A DNA stretch of 54,415 nt from Flavobacteriales bacterium (GCA_020437805.1 JAGQVV010000130.1:1-54415), one strand, 5' to 3'. Positions 1 through 9,202 are shown, counted from the first letter of the stretch. Made by a program: numbers and translations. The notes: generated by a model from the sequence alone, not told the origin.

Positions 1-235
1 TCGGGCCGTAGACGATCGTGGCGCCGGTCTTCTTCGCAAGGTCCAAGTGGCCGCTCACGAAATCGGCATGGAAGTGTGTCTCCAGCACGTACTTGATCCT
101 GGCACCGTGCTGCGCCGCCTTCTCAATGTACGGTGCGGTCTCACGCAAGGGGTCGATGATGACCGCCTCTCCTTCACTTTCGATGTAGTATGCGCCCTGT
201 GCCAGGCAGCCGGTATAGATCTGTTCGATCTTCAT
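1..235 (-). CDS. MBL-fold metallo-hydrolase, N-terminal fragment (CstB/Blh-like persulfide dioxygenase type); the gene runs off the window
   Basis: The reverse complement from ATG (233-235) reads MKIEQIYTGCLAQGAYYIESEGEAVIIDPLRETAPYIEKAAQHGARIKYVLETHFHADFVSGH..., which contains the HxHxD metal motif. It is absent from the ORF track because the window edge truncates it. Confidence 0.8.
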   Translation of the reverse strand, partial: MKIEQIYTGCLAQGAYYIESEGEAVIIDPLRETAPYIEKAAQHGARIKYVLETHFHADFVSGHLDLAKKTGATIVYGP

Positions 236-287
236 GGTGGTAAGGGTCTTGGGCCGATCCCTTGAGGCTCGGCATGCTTCAACGAAT

Positions 288-1091
288 TTAGCTCATGGTG
301 GAAAGCTCGCGTCCAATGATGTACACGCCCATCACCAGCACGAACCATCCGAATGCAGGTTTCAGTTTCTCATTCGAAATGCGCTTGCTCATTGCACTCC
401 CGGTGAGGATACCAACTATGGCCAAGGCGGAGAACACGGCCAGAAAGCCCCAATCGATCATTTCCCCACCGGCCAGGTCGCCCGTGAAGCCGATCAAGGA
501 TTTTGTAGCGATGATCACCAAGGATGTGCCGACCGCCAGCTTCATGGGAAGCTTGGCCAAGAGCACCAAGGCCGGAATGATCAGGAAGCCTCCGCCGGCA
601 CCAACAAGTCCCGTGATCAGGCCCACCAACAGGCCTTCCCCCAGGATCAGGGGATAGTTGAAGGTGACCTCGTCCCCGCTGGAAGGCGCACCACCTTTCG
701 GCTTACGGATCATGCTGTATGCGGCAGCCACCATGAGCAAGGCGAAGAGCACGAGTATGCCGAGCGACCTGGATACATCGACCCCTCCCATGCTGAACAG
801 CGGGTCCGGTAATGCGGGGACCAGGAATGCGCGTGTGGCGAACACCGCCAATATGCTCGGTGGACCGAAGACCAATGCGGTTCGCCAATGGATGTTGCCC
901 AGTCGCATGTGGCTGACGGAACCGATGGCGCTGGTGAGACCCACTATGAACAAGGAATAGGCCGTTGCCGCAACAGCATCCATGTGGAAGAGGTAGACGA
1001 GGATGGGTACTGTGAGGATGGACCCACCACCACCGATCAAGCCCAGGGTGAGGCCCATGACGATTGCTCCGATGTAGCCGAGTGTTTCCAT
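288..1091 (-). CDS. Sulfite exporter TauE/SafE family permease (full length)
   Basis: 267-aa polytopic ORF with two internally repeated halves, each carrying a Gly-rich motif (GGGGSILTVPIL; GAGGGFLIIPAL). It lies 1 nt downstream of the ArsR-like gene. Confidence 0.85.
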   Translation of the reverse strand: METLGYIGAIVMGLTLGLIGGGGSILTVPILVYLFHMDAVAATAYSLFIVGLTSAIGSVSHMRLGNIHWRTALVFGPPSILAVFATRAFLVPALPDPLFSMGGVDVSRSLGILVLFALLMVAAAYSMIRKPKGGAPSSGDEVTFNYPLILGEGLLVGLITGLVGAGGGFLIIPALVLLAKLPMKLAVGTSLVIIATKSLIGFTGDLAGGEMIDWGFLAVFSALAIVGILTGSAMSKRISNEKLKPAFGWFVLVMGVYIIGRELSTMS

Positions 1092-1092
1092 T

Positions 1093-1419
1093 TCAAAGGT
1101 TATCGCAGCAGTTCTCCAGGTCGCTTATGACCTTCATGAATTCGGGATGCTTGATGGTCCAATAGCTGTACTTGCCTTCCTTGGCACAAGCGAGCAGACC
1201 TTTGTCGCGCAACAGGTTCAGGTGCTGGCTGAGCAGAGCTTGTTCGATCTCCAGCAGGGACTGGAGCTCGGCATTGCACATGCGGCCCTCAATGCCCAAG
1301 GCATCCACGATGGCCAAGCGCTGCGGATGGGCTACGGCCCTCAGCAGTTCGCTGGCCCGGTGCAATTTTTCCGCACCGATCCGGGCGCTCAACAACGTTT
1401 TGGAAGGGTCTTGCTCCAT
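1093..1419 (-). CDS. ArsR/SmtB-family winged-helix repressor (BigR/SqrR-like candidate)
   Basis: 108 aa with HPQRLAIVDAL...CNAELQSLLEIEQALLSQHLNLLRDKGLL. Cys residues at 48, 78, 104 and 105. First gene of the operon with TauE and the MBL hydrolase. Confidence 0.85.
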   Translation of the reverse strand: MEQDPSKTLLSARIGAEKLHRASELLRAVAHPQRLAIVDALGIEGRMCNAELQSLLEIEQALLSQHLNLLRDKGLLACAKEGKYSYWTIKHPEFMKVISDLENCCDNL

Positions 1420-1427
1420 CGCGGGTA

Positions 1428-1435
1428 CAAATGTA
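1428..1435 (-). promoter_or_regulatory. Putative Bacteroidota -7 promoter box for the arsR-like operon
   Basis: The minus strand reads TACATTTG TACCCGCG ATG. TACATTTG fits TAnnTTTG, and only 8 nt separate it from the start codon, so the leader is very short or absent. Confidence 0.35.
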
Positions 1436-1441
1436 TCGTCA

Positions 1442-1456
1442 TATCACTATGTGATA
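1442..1456. promoter_or_regulatory. Palindromic operator candidate (TATCAC-TAT-GTGATA)
   Basis: Perfect 6-3-6 inverted repeat immediately upstream of the -7 box of the ArsR-family gene. A partial third half-site (GTGACA) follows at 1459-1464. Confidence 0.4.
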
Positions 1457-1489
1457 ATGTGACAATTGTTCCCGACGAAAACGTATGGC

Positions 1490-2614
1490 CTACAACGCCT
1501 TCAGCAAGTGATCACCGAAGTGCTCCACTTGGTAGCGGCGTATCCCTGGGATGGCAAGGAGTGCATCCCGGTCTCCCGGCAGAGTTCGTGCGATCTCGGC
1601 CAACAACTGGTTCGCAGCAACGATGCCGGGCCGCAGCTGGAAACGCTCCGTCAGCACATCCCGCGCTGCCTTGAGCCGTTTCAAGCGGTCCTCGTAATCA
1701 TCGTCCCGAGGCCAACGTTTGGGCCTTTCCGCTCGGGGCCATTGGTCCTTCGGTACGGCCTGTCCAGCCTTCACTGCCGTCAGTATCTTGCGCCCATAGC
1801 GTTCGAGCGATCGTTCATTCACCCCTTTTCGAGCGGCAAGGTCCTTCATTGATGCTGGTGGGTCCGTTGCCAGGGACAGCAGTACATCGTTGCCCAGGAC
1901 CATGAAGGCCGCTCGGTCCTGACCCTCAGCTACGGCATCACGCCAGGCGTACACTTCCCTGAGGATCGCCAATTGCGCGGGTTTCAGGGCCTTGGCACCT
2001 TTCATCCGTAGGAACGGATCTTCCACATTGGCTGGCAGGTTGAACGGGGCATCGGTGAGTAGAGCGAATTCCTCTTCCGCCCAGGTCCAGCGTCCTTTGG
2101 CGATCAATTCTTGCTTCAGGATGTCCCGCAAGGCGATCAAGTGGGAGGTGTCGCCAGCGGCATAGTCCAACATGTCCATGGGCAGCGGGCGCTTGCTCCA
2201 ATCCGCTTTCTGGAATTTCTTATCGATCCGCAGACCTTCATACTTGCCCAGCAGTGAGGCCAATCCGATCTCCGGCTCGTTCACGAGTTCAGCCGCCACC
2301 AACGTGTCGAACACGTTCTCGACACGGATCCCATGATGTTTGGCCAGTATCCGTAGGTCGTAATCCGCATCGTGGATGACCACCTCCATTCCCGGCTTGG
2401 CCAAGAGGGCGCCCAAGGCCCCAAGGTCAATTATCGCGAGGGGGTCGACCAAGAAGGTCTCCGAGCGTGTGCTTAGCTGAATAAGGCAGACACTCTCCCT
2501 ATAGCGATGGAAACTGGATGCCTCGGTATCCAATGCGATGACCTCCTCCTTCTCGAGGCTGGCCATGCACCGTTCCAAGGCCACGGAGGTCGTAATGAGT
2601 TCGAATTCGGCCAC
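1490..2614 (-). CDS. rnd: Ribonuclease D (DEDDy 3'-5' exonuclease + HRDC)
   Basis: 374 aa with a GTG start. Exo motifs are ALDTEA, HDADYDL and YAAGDTSHL. The C-terminal part is HRDC-like. Confidence 0.85.
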   Translation of the reverse strand: MAEFELITTSVALERCMASLEKEEVIALDTEASSFHRYRESVCLIQLSTRSETFLVDPLAIIDLGALGALLAKPGMEVVIHDADYDLRILAKHHGIRVENVFDTLVAAELVNEPEIGLASLLGKYEGLRIDKKFQKADWSKRPLPMDMLDYAAGDTSHLIALRDILKQELIAKGRWTWAEEEFALLTDAPFNLPANVEDPFLRMKGAKALKPAQLAILREVYAWRDAVAEGQDRAAFMVLGNDVLLSLATDPPASMKDLAARKGVNERSLERYGRKILTAVKAGQAVPKDQWPRAERPKRWPRDDDYEDRLKRLKAARDVLTERFQLRPGIVAANQLLAEIARTLPGDRDALLAIPGIRRYQVEHFGDHLLKAL

Positions 2615-2670
2615 AGTGTCCGGTAACTGGCCCGAACGGGCCTACTTCAGGGGGCGAAAGGTACGGGAAC

Positions 2671-3045
2671 TCAATGGCCGAGATGGCCCGCGAACGGGAG
2701 ATTTCGGAGGATGCCCCATCCTATGGCCAAAACAGCCCACGACATTACCACCCAATTCCTTGCCGTCAGGGGCTTTACGTACGGGAATGCCAACGAATGG
2801 CACCACTGCACACCCAATAAAGGAATGCTTGCCACCAGCAGGCCGTTGTGCCGGAACGCGTCCTCGAGGCGCAGGTGCAAAAGATCATGGACCGCTCGTT
2901 GCGAACCACACCCTGGGCAAAGAAGGCCGGTCAACAGGCGGAACGGGCAACTCAGAAAACCGCCGTGTTCCGGGTCATGCAAGTACAGGTGCACCAGATA
3001 TAGAAGCACACCAGCGCCAGCCAAGCCCACTGCCCATCTGGGCAT
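2671..3045 (-). CDS. DUF2752-like membrane protein
   Basis: Trimmed to the internal ATG at 3043-3045 (MPRWAVGLAG...). Contains SCPFRLLTGLLCPGCGSQRA (CPxCG motif) followed by TM segments. Its start overlaps the stop of the upstream CD225 gene by 1 nt. Confidence 0.65.
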   Translation of the reverse strand: MPRWAVGLAGAGVLLYLVHLYLHDPEHGGFLSCPFRLLTGLLCPGCGSQRAVHDLLHLRLEDAFRHNGLLVASIPLLGVQWCHSLAFPYVKPLTARNWVVMSWAVLAIGWGILRNLPFAGHLGH

Positions 3046-3347
3046 CAATAGCCGCCTTCCATGTTCTGGAGATCCATTCCGGACTCCATGACCTGTTTCA
3101 TCATGAAGAAGTACGCGACCGCGCCAACGATGTTCAGGACCAATCCGATGATGAAGGCCAATCGGGTCCATTTCTTGGCATCCGCGCTGGCTTTCATCGC
3201 CCCGGCCACATCGCCGCCGTCATATGCGCCATTCACCTTAGCGGCATTGATGATGCCCACGATGCCCAAGGGCAAACAACAGAACAGGGTCACCAAGATG
3301 GATTCTACGAGCCAGTTCTTGGGGCGTGCGGTAGTGCTTTCGGTCAT
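3045..3347 (-). CDS. CD225/dispanin (IFITM-like) family small membrane protein, copy A
   Basis: 100 aa. The motif RPKNWLVESILVTLFCCLPLGIVGIINAAKV, an amphipathic stretch and a second TM are typical CD225 topology. Confidence 0.75.
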   Translation of the reverse strand: MTESTTARPKNWLVESILVTLFCCLPLGIVGIINAAKVNGAYDGGDVAGAMKASADAKKWTRLAFIIGLVLNIVGAVAYFFMMKQVMESGMDLQNMEGGY

Positions 3348-3441
3348 GTTCGGGTGGGGTTGCGAATGACATAGATACGGTTCCGCGCCCCAACTTCAAA
3401 AGAATGGCCACTTCAGCGGGCTTGACCGACCGAGGACACGG

Positions 3442-3726
3442 TCAGTTGAAAGCCGCTAGACTGAGCAAGCTACCCGCAACGCCTAGGAACATGAGGCCGA
3501 TGTATAGTACGAAGAATCCGATCGAGACCCAGAAACCGATCTTGGTCCACTTGCCGGCCTCTGCGCTGGCTCGTCGTGCCCCTTCGATGTCGCCACTATC
3601 GAACTTGGTGTTCACGTTCGCGGCATTGATGATGCCAACGATACCGAAGGGAAGGCAACAGAAGATCCTGACGAGTATCGATTCGACCAGCCAGTTCTTG
3701 GGTCGTTGTGTCGTGAAGTGGTCCAT
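3442..3726 (-). CDS. CD225/dispanin family small membrane protein, copy B
   Basis: Trimmed to ATG 3724-3726 (MDHFTTQRPKNWLVESILVRIFCCLPFGIVGIINAANV...). The first ~60 aa are close to copy A. The longer ORF-track version overlaps the upstream gene. Confidence 0.75.
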   Translation of the reverse strand: MDHFTTQRPKNWLVESILVRIFCCLPFGIVGIINAANVNTKFDSGDIEGARRASAEAGKWTKIGFWVSIGFFVLYIGLMFLGVAGSLLSLAAFN

Positions 3727-3746
3727 CTGGAACGTGTTTCCGGGGT

Positions 3747-4838
3747 TCAAACGTAGCGATCTCCGTGTTCGGCCGTCAGGTCGTTCACGAAACGCTTGAT
3801 CTGCTGTTCGTCCTGTTTGCGACACACCAGAAGTGCATCCTTGGTGCTTACCACGATGAAGTCCTCCAGGCCTTGGAGCACGAGCAACCGGTCGTCCTGG
3901 GCATGCACGACGTTCCTTGCGCAATCGTACAGTTTCACGGCCTTTCCCACTCGTGTATTACCATCGGTGTCATGTGGGAGGTGTTCGTACAGGCTGCCCC
4001 AAGTGCCCAGGTCGCTCCAGCCGAACTCGCTTACTACGGTGAAGACGTTGTCCGCCTTTTCCATGATACCGTAGTCGATGCTCACGTTGTCACAACCATC
4101 GTAGATGCCTGCGATGAATGCGGCTTCTTTCGGGGTGCCGTAGCTTCCTTCGCCATCTTGGAACCGTGCAGCCATTTCGGGCAGGTATGTTCGAAAAGCC
4201 TTCAGGATGCTGTTGGCGGTCCAGATGAAGATGCCAGCGTTCCAAAGAAAGTCACCGCTCTCCAGGAATCGCAGCGCGGTCTCATGGTCCGGCTTTTCAG
4301 TGAAGGTCTTCACCTTCTTCACCCGCGGGTGGGCACTTCCCTCCCCTTCCTTGAATTGGATGTAACCATAGCCTGTGTCCGGCCGATTGGGCATTATCCC
4401 GAGCGTCACGAGGCAATCGCTCGTGGAAGCCTGCCCCAGGGCCAGCTCCACTGTATCCCGGAACGCGTCCTCCTTCAACACGAGATGATCGCTCGGTGCC
4501 ACGATCATCCGGGCCTTCGGGTCGCGTGCTGCGATCACATGGGCGGCATAGGCCACACATGGCGCTGTATTCCTTCGCGCGGGTTCAGCCAGGACTTGAT
4601 GGTCCTTCAGGTTGGGCAGCTGATCCTTGACCAATGCGGCGTACTGTGCATTGGTCACAACAAGGATGTTCTCGGCCGGGCAGATCGTCAGGAATCGATC
4701 ATAGGTCTGTTGGAGCAAGGTGCGCCCCAATCCCAGGAAATCGAGGAATTGCTTCGGGTAGACGCTGCGGCTCATGGGCCAGAAACGGCTTCCGACGCCG
4801 CCGGCCATGATCACGCAATAGGTATGTTCTTTGCTCAT
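3747..4838 (-). CDS. Mannose-1-phosphate guanylyltransferase (nucleotidyltransferase only, no isomerase domain)
   Basis: 363 aa with an N-terminal MAGGVGSRFWPMSR sugar-nucleotidyltransferase signature. Confidence 0.8.
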   Translation of the reverse strand: MSKEHTYCVIMAGGVGSRFWPMSRSVYPKQFLDFLGLGRTLLQQTYDRFLTICPAENILVVTNAQYAALVKDQLPNLKDHQVLAEPARRNTAPCVAYAAHVIAARDPKARMIVAPSDHLVLKEDAFRDTVELALGQASTSDCLVTLGIMPNRPDTGYGYIQFKEGEGSAHPRVKKVKTFTEKPDHETALRFLESGDFLWNAGIFIWTANSILKAFRTYLPEMAARFQDGEGSYGTPKEAAFIAGIYDGCDNVSIDYGIMEKADNVFTVVSEFGWSDLGTWGSLYEHLPHDTDGNTRVGKAVKLYDCARNVVHAQDDRLLVLQGLEDFIVVSTKDALLVCRKQDEQQIKRFVNDLTAEHGDRYV

Positions 4839-4856
4839 GCTTGCTCTTGGGCGCCC

Positions 4857-5540
4857 TTAGGAGGCCTTGTTCACCACCATGGGTCCGTTCACGTGCACCT
4901 CTGCAAGCGGGTCGATGATGTAATTACGGCGGTTGTTGAGGCAATGGCACTTGAAGCGCTTCCGAAGTTGGGGGCCCTTCACGTATACCCGTTCGTTGAA
5001 CCGGAACACGGCCCGGTCGGGCAGGTCCTCCAGCATTTGGCGTGGGTCCTTATCGTACTTGCCCAACACGCGCATCAAGGCCTTGTCGGAGCAACTGCTC
5101 GCGGGCGGATCGGTCAGATGCCGTTCCAAGGCCTGCAGCACGTCCGCTGGCATCACTGAACGGGTCAGGAAGGGCCGCATCAATTTGGCGTATTCGTTCT
5201 TCCATGCCCAGCCGTGGGGGTCTGTTGCGCGCCGGTGTTTCATGTAGGCGCTGTGGTGCGCGAACTCGTGGATCAGGGTCACCAGAAAGGCATACTTGTT
5301 CAGATCGGAATTCACCGTCACACGGTGGGGCTGGGTCTTGGTGGCGCAGCGGTAATCCCCGAGCTTGGTATGCCGCGGTGGCACAACGCGCACCTGTATC
5401 GGGTTACGACGGAGCCAATGTGCTATGACGGGCCAAGCGGCGGCCGGTACATGCTTGCGCAGGCGTTCTGGTTCGAAGGAGGTCGGTAAAGCCACGGTAG
5501 TGTAGAGGTAGAAGGGCGAACTGATCGGCGCCCATGGCAA
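4857..5540 (-). CDS. SprT-like zinc metalloprotease-domain protein
   Basis: 227-aa ORF containing LIHEFAHH (HExxH) in an SprT-like context (DPHGWAWKNEYAKLM). The start is uncertain: TTG at 5540 and no early ATG. Confidence 0.6.
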   Translation of the reverse strand: MPWAPISSPFYLYTTVALPTSFEPERLRKHVPAAAWPVIAHWLRRNPIQVRVVPPRHTKLGDYRCATKTQPHRVTVNSDLNKYAFLVTLIHEFAHHSAYMKHRRATDPHGWAWKNEYAKLMRPFLTRSVMPADVLQALERHLTDPPASSCSDKALMRVLGKYDKDPRQMLEDLPDRAVFRFNERVYVKGPQLRKRFKCHCLNNRRNYIIDPLAEVHVNGPMVVNKAS

Positions 5541-5565
5541 AATTAGGGCTCGCGAGGGCTCGGTG

Positions 5566-5742
5566 CTACGCCCTCACCGAATTTCCGGCGGGTTCGGCCA
5601 CCCGGTTCCATTTGGGGCACTTGCAATCCTTGGCTTGCTTGTATTTCGCGGGCTGGCTGGCGCAGGAGGCCAATAGGCATGCCGCCAATAGAAGGCCCAG
5701 AGCCCGCCCTGAGGCCGATGGCACCCGGTTGTTGCGCATCAT
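5566..5742 (-). CDS. Small putative lipoprotein
   Basis: From ATG 5740-5742: MMRNNRVPSASGRALGLLLAACLLASCASQ... with a lipobox (LLASC) and a Cys/Lys-rich mature part (KDCKCPKW). There is no family assignment. Confidence 0.4.
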   Translation of the reverse strand: MMRNNRVPSASGRALGLLLAACLLASCASQPAKYKQAKDCKCPKWNRVAEPAGNSVRA

Positions 5743-5813
5743 CGCGTGCGAAACTACAACGATCGGCCAGTGCGCCCTGTAATCCAAGGCCTAATTTCGT
5801 GCACTTCGGGCCC

Positions 5814-6554
5814 ATGGGGATCATTGCGCACATCGGACGCTATCTGCTGCTGCTGAAGGAGACCTTCAGCAGGCCGGAACGCCTTTCCCTCTATTGGAAA
5901 AGGACAGTGGAGGAAATGGACCTATTGGGGGTGAAGAGCGTCGGGATCGTGGCACTCCTGTCCTTCTTCATGGGAGCCGTCATCACCATCCAGACCAAGA
6001 CCAACATCGACAGCCCATTGATACAGGCATGGGTGGTGGGCTTCGCCACGCGGCAGAGCACGATCCTGGAATTCAGCCCCACCATCATCGCACTGATACT
6101 GGCCGGCAAGGTGGGCTCGAACATCGCTGCCGAGATCGGATCGATGCGTGTAAGCGAACAGATCGATGCCCTGGACATCATGGGGGTGAATTCGGCAGGC
6201 TACCTGATCCTACCGAAGATCGTGGCCTCCGTGATGATCAACCCCTTCCTGGTGATCATGAGCATGTTCCTGAGCATCAGCGGTGGCTACATCGCAGGAA
6301 CAGCTACGGGGATCGTGAGTGCCACGGATTATCTGCAAGGGATCCAATCCGGCTTCATTCCGTTCCATGTGACCTACGCGTTGATCAAGACCGTGGTGTT
6401 CGCGTTCATCATCGCTACGGTATCGGCCTATCAAGGGTATTACACCAAAGGCGGGACCCGTGAGGTGGGCATCAGCAGCACCAAAGCCGTAGTGTACAGC
6501 AATGTGGTGATCCTGATCGCCAACTACGCACTTACACAAATGCTGCTGATATGA
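5814..6554 (+). CDS. mlaE: ABC transporter permease, MlaE/YrbE family
   Basis: From ATG 5814 (MGIIAHIGRYLLLLKETF...). The polytopic protein follows the MlaE pattern. Its stop overlaps the ATPase start (ATGA). Confidence 0.8.
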   Translation: MGIIAHIGRYLLLLKETFSRPERLSLYWKRTVEEMDLLGVKSVGIVALLSFFMGAVITIQTKTNIDSPLIQAWVVGFATRQSTILEFSPTIIALILAGKVGSNIAAEIGSMRVSEQIDALDIMGVNSAGYLILPKIVASVMINPFLVIMSMFLSISGGYIAGTATGIVSATDYLQGIQSGFIPFHVTYALIKTVVFAFIIATVSAYQGYYTKGGTREVGISSTKAVVYSNVVILIANYALTQMLLI

Positions 6555-7315
6555 TCGAGGTCAAGGGCTTGAGCAAGCGTTTCGGCGATCTGCAGGTGCT
6601 TTCCGACATCAACGCGGTATTCCGCAAAGGACGGATCAACCAGATCATCGGGAAAAGCGGTTCGGGCAAGAGCGTCTTGGCCAAATGCATCGTTGGTTTG
6701 CACAGACCCGACACGGGACAGGTGTTGTATGACGGACGCTCGTTCCATGAGATGGGACCCGAGGAGAAGCGAGAGATCCGTCAACGCATCGGGATGCTCT
6801 TCCAAGGATCGGCCTTGTTCGATAGCATGACCGTGCTGCAGAACGTGATGTTCCCGCTCCAGATGTTCGCCCGGATGCCCAGATCCGAGATGGAGGACAA
6901 GGCGCGTTCCTGCCTTGAGCGTGTGAACATCCTGAAGAAGGACGACCTTTTTCCTGCGGAGATCAGCGGAGGTATGCAGAAACGTGTGGGTATCGCCCGT
7001 GCCATTGCCATGAACCCGGAGTACCTTTTCGTGGATGAGCCCAACAGTGGCCTGGATCCCCAAACGAGCATCCTGATCGATGACCTGATCAAGGAGTTGA
7101 CCGAAGAGTACAACACGACCACCATAGTGATCACGCACGACATGAATTCGGTCATGGAGGTAGGGGAGAACATCATGTTCATCCATAAGGGCCGACTTTG
7201 GTGGAAAGGCACCAAGGATGAGCTTTTGGACAGCGACAACGTGGAACTCAACGAGTTCATCTTCGCTGGTGGCCTGATGCGCCAAGTCCGTAAGGCCATC
7301 ACCGGAAAGGGATGA
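6551..7315 (+). CDS. mlaF: ABC transporter ATP-binding protein, MlaF-like
   Basis: 254 aa with Walker A GKSGSGKS, signature ISGGMQKRV and Walker B LFVDEP. Confidence 0.85.
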   Translation: MIEVKGLSKRFGDLQVLSDINAVFRKGRINQIIGKSGSGKSVLAKCIVGLHRPDTGQVLYDGRSFHEMGPEEKREIRQRIGMLFQGSALFDSMTVLQNVMFPLQMFARMPRSEMEDKARSCLERVNILKKDDLFPAEISGGMQKRVGIARAIAMNPEYLFVDEPNSGLDPQTSILIDDLIKELTEEYNTTTIVITHDMNSVMEVGENIMFIHKGRLWWKGTKDELLDSDNVELNEFIFAGGLMRQVRKAITGKG

Positions 7316-7325
7316 GCGGAAATGG

Positions 7326-7350
7326 AAAAGCCCTCCGAAGAGGGCCTTTC
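7326..7350. terminator. Bidirectional stem-loop terminator between convergent genes
   Basis: GCCCTC-CGAA-GAGGGC stem-loop (7330-7345) flanked by an A-run and a T-run. It lies between the mlaF stop (7315) and the cargo A stop (7367). Confidence 0.5.
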
Positions 7351-7366
7351 ACAGGAACAAAGGAGC

Positions 7367-9202
7367 TCAACGTACCACTGTGATCCTGTGGCTGGTGAGC
7401 TGTGCACCTGAGCGAATGGTGCAGGTATAGATACCCGGCGCCAAGTCACTACCATCGAGCTCGAACATGTCCGGGCCGGCAGGACGTGTCCCGAGATCCA
7501 CAGTACGGACGGTCTTACCCGTAATATCGGTCACCGAGAACAGTACCGGACCTGGTGCGGGAAGCGTGTAGTCGATGGTAGTGCTGGAACTGAAGGGGTT
7601 CGGCCGGTTCCCGATGGACGGTCCGGAGGTGTTGTGTGCGTCCTCTGTCCCGACGGTGCTGGTCAGCAGCATGCGTACCATCGGCGTGCGGGTCAAGTAG
7701 AACTCGAAATCCTCGGGAAGGTCCGGATAGTGGATGATGGAGATCTGGGCTTCGCTGCTGCCGCTGTATGCATAGCGCAGACCTTCACTTCCATCGAAAG
7801 TACCGGCCATGACGAGGTAGGTCTCGTTGGCGTATACGGGGATCGGATTATCGAACAACATGGTGATGAAGTTCGCGTCCCCGGCACCGTTCAGGTCGGC
7901 CTCCGTGACGAAGTGATCGTCGGTCAATTCCATCAGGCTGGGGTGCTGGCCGGCAGAATTGTCCGGGTTGTACAAGGCCCCGTGCACCGCAGCACCCACC
8001 GGGGTGCTTTCATGGATGGCCACCTGTATCCCGGTCAACATGTTGTCCTGGACCATCATGAAGTGGTGTCCGACCTCGTACGCGTCGTTCTCGTTGTCGA
8101 CACCCGGGCCTATCGCGGATTGCGTTGCACCATCATCGTGGCCGTATACATTATCGGAGACCTTGAAGGTGTTGACCACCATGTTGTTCTCCGGCACTTC
8201 GTCCGTCTCGGTCTGTTCCACATTGAAGGTCATGGTGTAATCCCCGATAGCCCCACTCGGGGTGAATGTTTCCGCATCGACGCTTCCCTCGCTGGTAGGT
8301 GTGAATTGGAAGGATGAGCTGGTGGTGATCAATTCGCTGCCCACCGGCCCTTCCACTTCAACACTAAGCACCACATTGTTCTGGGTGAGATAGCCTTTGT
8401 TCTTGAGCACAGCATCGGGGGTCATACTGTTCACTTGCGTCTGCGGGTAGATCGAGTAGGCCATGTTCTCGAATCCCGTGGCCGCGAAGTCGAAAGCGTT
8501 ACTGCTTGCGCGCAGGATGGCCATGTCATTCGCTGGCAGTTCACGGATCGCGATGTTGTCAACCTGCCAGCCATAATCCCAGGTCCCCACATAGCGAAAG
8601 CGGATCATCACATTGGAGGGGTCAGGAGCCACCAATGCCGTAATGTCCACATCCACCAATTCAGGGTTGGGACGCCCGTCGCGCCCGACATTTTCGTTGA
8701 TTAGCACCTCCTCCCATGAAGCGCCTCCGTCCGTGCTCACCCCGACGAACGTCGTGTCCAGCTGGAATTCCTGGAAGTATTGGTCGAACTCCACCTTCAG
8801 GTAGGGTGTGCCTGTATTGCTCAAATCGATCATCGGGCTGATCAACGACGCGTTGGACGATTGGCCGGAGACACCTTCGAAGTCGTCGTCGAGAATGGCC
8901 CAACCGCCTTCCGTGTTCAGGGGAGGCACCGGGTACGTGGAGCTTGTTGGGCCGGGTCCCGTATCCGTCCAGTGCCAGTCCACTTGACCGACATCGGTTT
9001 GCACGGTCCATCCGTTGAGGTCGGAGTCGAAGGTCTCCGTGTAGAAGGCAACGCCGCGCGCTTGGCCGGCGGTTCCGCGGTATCCGCCGGGGATGACCGT
9101 TTCCGCCTTGTTCGTCGGGTGAGGCGGCAATTCGATATGCGCACGTTGGGCTTGGGTGCCGAGTGCGATCAAGAGGCTCAGCAGGGTGTAGGGTCTGAAC
9201 AT
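7367..9202 (-). CDS. Secreted T9SS cargo protein A (MAM/choice-of-anchor-J-like + CARDB-like + beta module + type-A CTD)
   Basis: Trimmed to ATG 9200-9202, which exposes the signal peptide MFRPYTLLSLLIALGTQAQ. The C-terminus NRPNPFSSSTTIDYTL...GIYTCTIRSGAQLTSHRITVVR is a T9SS sorting domain. Confidence 0.8.
   Translation of the reverse strand: MFRPYTLLSLLIALGTQAQRAHIELPPHPTNKAETVIPGGYRGTAGQARGVAFYTETFDSDLNGWTVQTDVGQVDWHWTDTGPGPTSSTYPVPPLNTEGGWAILDDDFEGVSGQSSNASLISPMIDLSNTGTPYLKVEFDQYFQEFQLDTTFVGVSTDGGASWEEVLINENVGRDGRPNPELVDVDITALVAPDPSNVMIRFRYVGTWDYGWQVDNIAIRELPANDMAILRASSNAFDFAATGFENMAYSIYPQTQVNSMTPDAVLKNKGYLTQNNVVLSVEVEGPVGSELITTSSSFQFTPTSEGSVDAETFTPSGAIGDYTMTFNVEQTETDEVPENNMVVNTFKVSDNVYGHDDGATQSAIGPGVDNENDAYEVGHHFMMVQDNMLTGIQVAIHESTPVGAAVHGALYNPDNSAGQHPSLMELTDDHFVTEADLNGAGDANFITMLFDNPIPVYANETYLVMAGTFDGSEGLRYAYSGSSEAQISIIHYPDLPEDFEFYLTRTPMVRMLLTSTVGTEDAHNTSGPSIGNRPNPFSSSTTIDYTLPAPGPVLFSVTDITGKTVRTVDLGTRPAGPDMFELDGSDLAPGIYTCTIRSGAQLTSHRITVVR

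Noticed and set aside
2629-2642. GGCCCG-AA-CGGGCC hairpin downstream of the DUF2752 gene, considered as a terminator
   Set aside because: The loop is too tight and no U-tract follows on the minus strand, so there is not enough support to call it.
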